DNA of 22,597 bases, taken from the NCBI GenBank assembly GCA_038209745.1, contig JBBQXJ010000078.1:1-22597 (forward strand), written 5' to 3'. Position numbers and translations under genes: made by a program. Source of the DNA: Verrucomicrobiota bacterium. GTDB lineage: Bacteria > Verrucomicrobiota > Verrucomicrobiia > Limisphaerales > CANJSG01. Positions 15,875 through 22,597 of the stretch are shown one piece after another; the stretch's first letter is position 1, and the number at the start of each line of letters is the position of its first letter. A model generated the notes under the pieces. The model was not told the DNA's origin, ran no database searches, and saw only the letters and a list, made by a program, of their open reading frames with translations.

Positions 15875-16816
15875 ATGACGACATTGCCGAAGCCCGAAAT
15901 CATTTTCACCCACGAGAGCGACCTTGACGGGTTCGTCGCGGGCTTCCTGCTGCAGCGTCTTGCCCGGCATCTGTTTCAGACCGACATCCGCCTCGAAGCC
16001 CACCACTACACCGCCTGGAAGCTCCGCGATCTGCGGGAGAAGGCAGCCTGGGTGACGGACCTCAGCTTCGAGTCCCGGCTGGACCGTTCGCATTGGGTCG
16101 TGGTGGACCATCACCAGACAAACACCAAGCCGAACTACGCCATGCTCATCCATGACCAGACGAAGTCCGCCGGGCAGATCGCGTATGATCTCTGCGTGGC
16201 ACAGGGGCTCGGCTCCCCCGCGCTGGATCGGCTCGTCCGTCTCAACAACATCTCCGACCTCTTCCTCCAGCAGGATCCGGACTTCCAGGAAGCCGTGGAC
16301 TACAGCGGGCTGGTGAAGATCTACGGCTTCTGGAACCTCCACAAGCTGATCGGCGGCCAATTGGAGAACCTGCTGGACCATCCGCTCCTCGAAGTTATCC
16401 AGGTGAAGCGGAAGGTGGAAGACCCGATCGGCTACGGGTGGGCATCCACCCACGTGTCAGAGATCACCCCGACCATCGGCTTGGTGGACACCGTCGTGGG
16501 CAACAGCAACCTGATCGTGCACCAGCTCCTCGACCGCGAGGCGACGCCTTTCAAGGTGCTCATGACCGCGCTGAAGAAGAGCAACAACCAGATGGTGCTC
16601 AGCTTCCGCAGCATGAACGGCGAGGCCTTGGGCGTGGCGGAGAAGTTCCAGGGCGGCGGCCACCCCAACGCCGCCGGCTGTACCCTGCCGAAGTCTGTCC
16701 GTGGTTCCACCGATGCGGTGGCCTACTTGAGAGGCATCCTGAATCCCAAGCCCACCGGCATGGAATCCACCGGGACGCTGACCGACTTGCTGGAAGCGTT
16801 CGAAGCGAAGGCTTAG
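15875..16816 (+). CDS. DHH/DHHA1 family phosphoesterase (nanoRNase-like), 313 aa
   Basis: THESDLDG, VTDL, VVDHH, SFRS and GGGHPNAAG motifs. Confidence 0.9.
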   Translation: MTTLPKPEIIFTHESDLDGFVAGFLLQRLARHLFQTDIRLEAHHYTAWKLRDLREKAAWVTDLSFESRLDRSHWVVVDHHQTNTKPNYAMLIHDQTKSAGQIAYDLCVAQGLGSPALDRLVRLNNISDLFLQQDPDFQEAVDYSGLVKIYGFWNLHKLIGGQLENLLDHPLLEVIQVKRKVEDPIGYGWASTHVSEITPTIGLVDTVVGNSNLIVHQLLDREATPFKVLMTALKKSNNQMVLSFRSMNGEALGVAEKFQGGGHPNAAGCTLPKSVRGSTDAVAYLRGILNPKPTGMESTGTLTDLLEAFEAKA

Positions 16817-16866
16817 CTAGCGCAAATCTTCTGTTGAAAGTGACGCGCCCGCCTCTTTGGCTTTTT

Positions 16867-17319
16867 CTAATGGCCAAAGATTTTCAAGAACCTCCGTTCC
16901 TCCTTCTTCATCGCCTGGTAGCCGGCCTCGGTGTGGTCGTCCATGCCGTGGAGGTGGAGCAGGGCGTGGATGACGTAGCGGGTGACTTCCCGGTCCCACG
17001 TGGTGCGGAAGCGTTTGGCCTGGCGGACCGCGTCGTCCACGCAGATGAAGACCTCGCCGGCCACATCCACGCCGGGGGTGTCGGCGGTCAGGTCGAAGGT
17101 GATGACGTCGGTGGAGCCTTCGTGCTGGAGGAACTCCCAGTTCAACCGGGCCATTTCAACAGGATCGACGAAGTGGAAACAGAGTTCCCAGGTGCCGCCT
17201 GGCCAAAGTTCGGCCACGACTCGGCGCGTCTGTCGACGAAGCGTCGGCAACTCCAACGGCTTTGTCTTCTGCCGGTTTTTCAGCAGGAGGGTGTGGTTGG
17301 GTTTGGGCGGCTTGGGCAT
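16867..17319 (-). CDS. ybeY: rRNA maturation endoribonuclease YbeY
   Basis: LN..FLQHEGSTDVITF, GEVFIC and HALLHLHGMDDH; follows phoH. Confidence 0.93.
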   Translation of the reverse strand: MPKPPKPNHTLLLKNRQKTKPLELPTLRRQTRRVVAELWPGGTWELCFHFVDPVEMARLNWEFLQHEGSTDVITFDLTADTPGVDVAGEVFICVDDAVRQAKRFRTTWDREVTRYVIHALLHLHGMDDHTEAGYQAMKKEERRFLKIFGH

Positions 17320-17343
17320 CGGCGACGGGGCTGAAGAGATGGC

Positions 17344-18315
17344 TTACTCCCCGGCGGACTTGCCCCGGCCGCGGTGGATTTCGTAGGCCGCGATGATCCG
17401 CTGCACGAGGGGGTGGCGCACGACGTCCTTCTTTCCGAACTCGACCAGCGCGACACCGGGCACTTCGCTCAGGGCGCGTTGGGCTTCGATCAGACCGGAA
17501 TGTCGGGAGCCGGGAAGGTCGATCTGGGTAGGATCGCCGGTGATGACGGCGCGGGAACCGAAGCCGAGCCGGGTGAGGAACATGAACATCTGCTCGGTCG
17601 TGGTGTTCTGGGCCTCGTCGAGGATGATGAAGGCGTTGTTCAGGGTGCGGCCGCGCATGTAGGCGAGAGGGGCGATCTCGATGATGTTCCGCTCGCGATA
17701 TTTTTCGATGTCCTCGATCGGCAACATGTCCTGGAGCGCGTCGAGCAGGGGACGAAGGTAGGGGTCGATCTTTTGGTAGAGATCTCCGGGGAGGAAACCG
17801 AGCGCTTCGCCGGCCTCGACGGCGGGGCGGGTGAGAATGATGCGGGAGACCTTCTCCTCCTTCAGGGCGACGATGGCCATGGCGACGGCGAGGTAGGTCT
17901 TGCCGGTGCCGGCAGGGCCGATGCCGAAGGTGACATCGTGGCCGCGAATGGCGTCGACGTAGCGCTTCTGGCCGACGGTCTTGGGGACGACGGAGGGCTT
18001 GCGGCTGGAGGTCTGGATGCGGTCGGAGTATAGGGCCTTGAGGGCGTCGACGCCTTCGTCCTTCACCACGGCGAGGGCTTGGGCGAACTCGCGGTTGCGG
18101 ATGGAGGCGCCGCCTTTGAGCGAGCCTTCGAGCAACTGGAAGAGTTGTTTGGCGAGGTCGAGCCCGCCGACGGAGCCTTCGAGCTTGATCCATCCGTCGC
18201 GGCTGGTGGCTTTGACGCCGAGCTCGGCTTCGAGGGTCTGGAGGTTTTGCGCCTCGCTGTTGAAGAGCTGTTGAGCGACGCGGGCGTTTTCGAAATGGAG
18301 GGTTTCTTCGGGCAT
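17344..18315 (-). CDS. phoH: PhoH-family ATPase (YbeZ-like)
   Basis: GPAGTGKT, RPAVEAGEALGFLPG, PLAYMRGRTL, LDEAQN, GDPTQIDL and DVVRHPLV. The start is set at MPEETL (ATG 18315). Confidence 0.96.
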   Translation of the reverse strand: MPEETLHFENARVAQQLFNSEAQNLQTLEAELGVKATSRDGWIKLEGSVGGLDLAKQLFQLLEGSLKGGASIRNREFAQALAVVKDEGVDALKALYSDRIQTSSRKPSVVPKTVGQKRYVDAIRGHDVTFGIGPAGTGKTYLAVAMAIVALKEEKVSRIILTRPAVEAGEALGFLPGDLYQKIDPYLRPLLDALQDMLPIEDIEKYRERNIIEIAPLAYMRGRTLNNAFIILDEAQNTTTEQMFMFLTRLGFGSRAVITGDPTQIDLPGSRHSGLIEAQRALSEVPGVALVEFGKKDVVRHPLVQRIIAAYEIHRGRGKSAGE

Positions 18316-18326
18316 ACTGCTGAGAG

Positions 18327-18815
18327 TCAGGAAACGAGAATGGCGCGGAGATTTCGGCAGAGTTCCTCGAGGGCCAGGGGAAGGACGGTGGTGCCGCCGA
18401 GCACGGGCATGAAATTCGTGTCGCCGATCCAACGGGGCACGATGTGGAAATGGAGATGTTCGCCGATGCCGGCTCCGGCGACCTTGCCGAGATTGAGGCC
18501 GACGTTGAAGCCGTCGGGTTTCATGAGCCGGGTCAGAGCCTGCTTGCAGCGGCGGACGAGTTGCATCAGGTCGAGCAGTTCCTCGTCGGTCAGGTCGTCG
18601 AGATCGGGCACCTGTCGGTAGGGCAGGACGAGGATGTGGCCGCCGTTGTAGGGGTATCGGTTGAGGCAGGCGAAGGCGGTCTTGGTGCGGGCGACGAGCA
18701 GGTTTTTCTCGTCGTCGGACGACTGCGCCATCTGCGTGAAGACGGAGGCGTCGTCCTGCGCCTGCTTGGGCGCAAGGATATAGGCGATGCGCCAAGGCGC
18801 GTGCAGTGCTTCCAT
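18327..18815 (-). CDS. HIT-family protein (Ap4A phosphorylase / FHIT-like)
   Basis: LHAPWR, LNRYPYNGGH, GFNVGLNLGKVAGAGI and HLHFHIVPRW.GDTNFMP. Confidence 0.93.
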   Translation of the reverse strand: MEALHAPWRIAYILAPKQAQDDASVFTQMAQSSDDEKNLLVARTKTAFACLNRYPYNGGHILVLPYRQVPDLDDLTDEELLDLMQLVRRCKQALTRLMKPDGFNVGLNLGKVAGAGIGEHLHFHIVPRWIGDTNFMPVLGGTTVLPLALEELCRNLRAILVS

Positions 18816-18887
18816 TTGAGCGACGCTATCGGGGGGAATTGCCGGTGTCAAAACGGCCGAGAAACTGGCCCAAGTCGAAGTGTCCGA

Positions 18888-19745
18888 TCAAACGAGCAGA
18901 TAGACGACGAGGAAGATGGCATCCAGAAGGGCGCAGAGAATGACGCTCTGGCCGACAGCGCGGGTGGTGGCGACGGGGACTTCCTCGAGTCTCAACGGCA
19001 TGGCCAGACCGTGGAAAGACGAGACGACCGCGATGACGGTCCCGAACGAAAGCGTCTTCAAAGCAAGCAGGGCGAAGTCCTGCCAGACCAGCGCGCCGGC
19101 CAACTGGTTGAAGTAGTCGGCCGGTTGGAGCGGGACGTCTTGGAGGAAGGCGAACAGGTATCCGCTCACGATGGCGGTGATGATCAAGTAGACGGTCAAA
19201 CTGAAGATCGAGACCGCCATGCCGATCACTCGGGGCACGACCAGATAGTGGATTGGGTCGACGCCGAGCGCTTCGAGGGCTTCGACCTCGCCGAGCGCCC
19301 GGGCGGTGCCGAGTTCCACGACGTTGGCTGCGCCGGCGCGCATCAACACGAGCAGAGCGGCGATGACGGGCCCCAGTTCCCGGACGACGACCGTGACCAT
19401 CACGATGCCGATGTATTCCTGCGCGCCGACCTTCTTCAACAGCGCCACGGTTTGACCAATGACGACCAGTCCCAGCGCGGCGGCCAGGAACAAGATCATC
19501 GGCAGCAAGCGGACACCCGTGCGGTGGATCTCGTGCCGGATCATAGGGCGGATCAATCCGCGAGCGGTCCTGAACCGGGTCACGATCGATCCGAGCGTGA
19601 TCAGGCCAAATGCGCCAAGCCCGTGGAGGGTGTTGGATGCCGAGAGGATCTTTCGGCCGGCTCTGTGCTGGAAGTGGCGAAACGGCGACACCGTCCGGGC
19701 CCACACCCTCCGAGCTGGTTCCTGTCGTGGCAATGTGGCGGACAC
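18888..19745 (-). CDS. mlaE: MlaE-family ABC transporter permease
   Basis: VVVRELGPVIAALLV..RAG, ELGT...EVEALEALGVDPIHYLVVPR and VPVATTRAV; multiple TM helices. The GTG start is uncertain. Confidence 0.9.
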   Translation of the reverse strand: MSATLPRQEPARRVWARTVSPFRHFQHRAGRKILSASNTLHGLGAFGLITLGSIVTRFRTARGLIRPMIRHEIHRTGVRLLPMILFLAAALGLVVIGQTVALLKKVGAQEYIGIVMVTVVVRELGPVIAALLVLMRAGAANVVELGTARALGEVEALEALGVDPIHYLVVPRVIGMAVSIFSLTVYLIITAIVSGYLFAFLQDVPLQPADYFNQLAGALVWQDFALLALKTLSFGTVIAVVSSFHGLAMPLRLEEVPVATTRAVGQSVILCALLDAIFLVVYLLV

Positions 19746-19976
19746 CGGGACAGGCTAGACAAGCATCGGGCGCTTGGGAACCACCGGATTCGACTTGGTT
19801 TTCTAGTGGTCGAACCGCGCTCGGCCGACGGCGGTCAAAGTTGTTCCGAAGGACCAGAAAATTGAATTCCGGCTTGCGACACGTCCGCTCATCTGGTTCG
19901 TTCCAACTTAACAAAATTCTCCCCGGTCAAGCGCTTCCGAAGGGCGCGTCTTGGGGAGCCAGACGTATCAAAATCC

Positions 19977-20294
19977 ATGTCTTATTTAAGTGCGTATCAG
20001 GTCTCGGGTGCGAAGAAATATTCGGCCAAAAACACCATCAAACCGGTCAACTTCCTCTGTATCGCCCCGGACGCTTCCAGTGTTCACCTTCTTGGTGACT
20101 TCAATGATTGGAATCCCTCCTCAAACCCAATGTCCCGGCACCATGACGGGTCTTGGCAGGCCCAGATGAACATGAACCCCGGGCACCATCATTACGCGTT
20201 CCTTGTGGACGGGAAAATGGTGAACGATCCCAAGGCGATGGGGCTCGCCCGTAATCTGAAAGGCGAAAAGGTCTCCCTGCTCGCGGTCAGTTGA
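19977..20294 (+). CDS. Stand-alone glycogen-binding CBM48 / isoamylase early-set domain protein, 105 aa
   Basis: APDASSVHLLGDFNDW, DGSW and PGHHHYAFLVDG....DP. Confidence 0.9.
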   Translation: MSYLSAYQVSGAKKYSAKNTIKPVNFLCIAPDASSVHLLGDFNDWNPSSNPMSRHHDGSWQAQMNMNPGHHHYAFLVDGKMVNDPKAMGLARNLKGEKVSLLAVS

Positions 20295-20314
20295 CCGGAC
20301 GGAGGCGGAGGCCG

Positions 20315-20677
20315 TCAGGCGGACGGAGTCTTGTCCGCCTCGGCCCGTAGCAGAGTGGAAACGACCGATACTTCCTCGAGGATCTCGTTGACGAGATCGT
20401 TGCAGTCGGACCGGCCGGTGGCGTGGTTTTCGAGGAGGCGCGACAGCTCCGCCAAACGCATCGCACCCAGGTTCCCACTGCTTCCCTTCAACGAGTGGGC
20501 GACTTTGCGAATGGTGTCGTGGTCTCCCCGGGCCTGGCTCGTCTCAAGCATGGCGACAAGCTGTTGGGTCTGGGTTTCAAATACTTCGACCAACTCAACC
20601 ACCGGGTCAGGTTCGCCGGGTTCCCCCAGTTCCCTCATCAAATCGAGGCGCTCGCGATCTAAATGAACTTCGCTCAT
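20315..20677 (-). CDS. Stand-alone Hpt (histidine phosphotransfer) protein
   Basis: AHSLKGSSGNLGA motif in an acidic all-helical protein. Alternative GTG start at 20698. Confidence 0.9.
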   Translation of the reverse strand: MSEVHLDRERLDLMRELGEPGEPDPVVELVEVFETQTQQLVAMLETSQARGDHDTIRKVAHSLKGSSGNLGAMRLAELSRLLENHATGRSDCNDLVNEILEEVSVVSTLLRAEADKTPSA

Positions 20678-20725
20678 GGGTATTGATCGGTCATGCACCC
20701 TCGTTGGTTAAGCCGGAACGATGCA

Positions 20726-21512
20726 GTCCAAAGCAGGGTGGGCTTCCAGCCCGAGACCCGCTAGGTCGGGCTCAATTCGGGAACGAACCAGCTGGAACTG
20801 GTCCTGCTCGAAGACCGGCAGGTCCGGCGCGGCCAGCCGTTCACCAGCGACGCCGCCGTTCTGCCGATGGTGTGGCTCGGCGGCGACGACGGACTCTGGG
20901 TCGCCCGTTCGGAAGCGACCCGTGCCCAGTTCCGCCGCTTTGCCAAGGTGCGTCCTGATGCGGTCGGTTCCGGGCTCACCCTTATCGGCCCCGAGGGCTG
21001 GACGAAACGCGCCGCCGAATCGTGGGACCATCCCGGGTTCGAGCAGGGCGAGGAGGAACCGGTCGTGGGGGTGCCGTGGCGGATGGCCTGGTCGTTCTGT
21101 GTCTGGCTGACCGAACGGGACCGAGCTTCGGGGCTGCTGGGTCCGAACCAGAGCTATCGTCTGCCGACCGATGCCGAATGGTCGCGAATTGCCCAAACCC
21201 TGGATCCCGCTGCTGCGCGACACCCTCGACCGCTTCGGCCGAACCGCTCCGGTCGACGCCGCCGTGCTCCGCAGCCAGCCTCTGGGGTTCGAGGGCCTCA
21301 ACGGCAACGTGGCCGAATGGTGCGCGGACGCCTTCGATCCCGCCCTCAATCCACCGCACTTCCGCACCGATCCCGAACTCGCCGAACCCCATCCCGATTG
21401 GCGGGTGGTGCGGGGCGGTTCCTGGAAGGACGGCCGTCCCGCCGACCGCGACCCGGAGTTCCGCAACGGGTTCCCCGAAGCATCGGCGTCGCAATGGATC
21501 GGCTTCCTGTAA
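20726..21512 (+). pseudogene. Disrupted formylglycine-generating enzyme (FGE-sulfatase/SUMF1) domain gene
   Basis: PVVGVPW..A..FC.WL and YRLPTDAEW are in one frame; RTAPV, GNVAEW, RVVRGGSW and IGF are in another (switch near 21190-21215). An in-frame TAG at 20762 interrupts coding-like sequence, and no proper N-terminus is present. Confidence 0.8.
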
Positions 21513-21605
21513 ACGGCGGATGAAAAGTGGGACGGGCGGCCCCAGCGTGGCGGAGACCCATTCAACCCGATGACGCCGAAGGCGTCGCCTTGTTCCCGGA
21601 ACGGG

Positions 21606-21631
21606 AAAAACCGGACGGTCAACCCGTCCGG
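21606..21631 (-). terminator. Rho-independent terminator of the small minus-strand ORF
   Basis: The minus strand reads CCGGACGG-GTTGA-CCGTCCGG-TTTTT, 9 nt after the TAA at 21641. Confidence 0.75.
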
Positions 21632-21640
21632 CGTGCCGGC

Positions 21641-21865
21641 TTAGAACGGCGCGATCCCCTCCAGGATCTGAAGGGTCATCTCCAGGAACCGCTCGATGGT
21701 TTTCCCGTCGATGTCCTGGGTGATGGATGATCTGTCCCACTGTTTTCCGTCGATCGAACGGTGCGTGCGGACGATCTCATAGGTGCCGCCGGCGTGGTTG
21801 ACCCGGTTGATCCGGAGGGTGGCTTCGAGGTTTTCGGGGCTGATGGGTTTCGTTGTCCTGTCGAT
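21641..21865 (-). CDS. Small hypothetical protein (~70-74 aa) lacking a nearby canonical start codon
   Basis: Strong G/C third-position bias from 21865 to the stop; AAGGAG at 21868-21873; terminator downstream. Candidate starts are ATC (21865) or ACG (21853). The longer 22132 ORF does not look coding upstream. Confidence 0.55.
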   Translation of the reverse strand: MDRTTKPISPENLEATLRINRVNHAGGTYEIVRTHRSIDGKQWDRSSITQDIDGKTIERFLEMTLQILEGIAPF

Positions 21866-22337
21866 TTCTCCTTGGTTTCGGGGAGGGAGTCTTTCCCTCT
21901 CTCCGCCCCTGGCAGAGCGGGAGGTGCCGACGCGGAGGAGAAGTTCCTCCCCGCAGAACCGACGGAGGGTGGTGGAGCCATGCGCGGAAGAGTGACAATC
22001 AGCAGGGTGCAACCCGGTTGGCGCGAGGACGCGGCGGAGCCGCCCGGAGACGGTCGGAGGGGAGGACGACAAGACAACGAAGCCAATCAGACCCTTTTGA
22101 GAATGCCCCAGATCCCGATGAATGGATCCCACAAACGGCCGGCTCTACCGGAAAGGTTTCGCCGCCGCTGGATCGGAAAACGAGTTGGCCGCACCTTTGA
22201 AGTGACTGCTTCAAACTGAGGCGGGAGAGAAGAGAGTCTGGTCCCAAAGATGGGATTGGTTCTCCGAATCGCGAACTCGGTGGATCTCCGGTTGAAGCCG
22301 CAGATGCTTTGGAGACGCAGTCCAAGACCTAGCAAAC

Positions 22338-22577
22338 TTAGGGCCATTTAGGCCCATTAAACGTTCGCTCTCCTTCGCAAATCTTCGCGCCTCACAAATT
22401 GGGGCAACGAACGAAGGCGCACTTGGACCACATTTTAAGAAACAACGTGAAACCTCGCGAAATTTCCGGACGGGTTCAACGCCCGCCGCCTCCACCATGT
22501 TTTCGGTTTGTTTCGAGAAAACGCTCAGCAATTTGCGAAAAAAAGCGAAATATGTGTGGCCCTAAAAATGGCCCTAT
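22338..22577. mobile_element. attP-like site: tmRNA-like core with paired arm-type repeats on both sides
   Basis: TTAGGGCCAT (22338-47) and TTAGGCCCAT (22348-57) on the left; GTGGCCCTAA (22556-65) and ATGGCCCTAT (22568-77) on the right, inverted relative to the left pair. The core lies between them. Confidence 0.7.
22471..22497 (+). other. Isolated 3' fragment of tmRNA (ssrA), or possibly tRNA-Ala: att core
   Basis: CGGG-TTCAACG-CCCG-CCGCCTCC-ACCA is a T-arm plus the 3' acceptor strand with the Ala-type CTCCACCA end. No pairing 5' strand (GGRGGCG) was found at a suitable distance. Confidence 0.8.
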
Positions 22578-22597
22578 CTTTCAACAGGTGATTTATG

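Noticed and set aside
17344..18795. 483-aa N-terminally extended PhoH
   Set aside because: The extension is an alternative frame of the HIT gene; the likely start is ATG 18315.
21190..21215. Programmed frameshift in the FGE gene
   Set aside because: There is no convincing slippery heptamer, and additional lesions indicate a pseudogene.
22140..22219. GreA/GreB C-terminal remnant (IGKRVGRTFEV)
   Set aside because: The match is too short, with no flanking support.
22523..22535. IHF site near att (GCTCAGCAATTTG)
   Set aside because: It has two mismatches to WATCARNNNNTTR and cannot be distinguished from chance.
22100..22597. Complete or two-piece tmRNA, or a complete tRNA
   Set aside because: No 5' acceptor strand at a suitable position upstream or downstream, and no D/anticodon arms or tag reading frame were found.

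Overview
GC-rich bacterial DNA. Gene content and style (CotH/lamin-tail surface protein with a C-terminal 'RFYRI' motif, leaders mostly without Shine-Dalgarno sites) suggest Verrucomicrobiota, which is an inference. Left end (176-1305): a REP-associated HUH tyrosine transposase (RAYT) inside a tandem array of ~213-bp multi-hairpin units bounded by two different GTRG-type REP palindromes. Middle: secreted enzymes on the minus strand (SGNH hydrolase, glucose/sorbosone dehydrogenase, a ~2,400-aa PA14/Ig/6xLTD/CBM/CotH protein, S10 peptidase), a DUF2652-like gene fragment, a possibly attenuated vapBC module, a UxuB-like SDR, a DHH phosphoesterase, an mlaE-HIT-phoH-ybeY run, a CBM48 protein and an Hpt protein. 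Right end (20726-22597): an FGE-sulfatase pseudogene, a small orphan ORF with a terminator, and a tmRNA-like 3' fragment flanked on both sides by inverted pairs of a 10-bp motif. That layout resembles an intact attP; the window ends on the ATG of a following gene. All calls come from motif reading; no searches were run.
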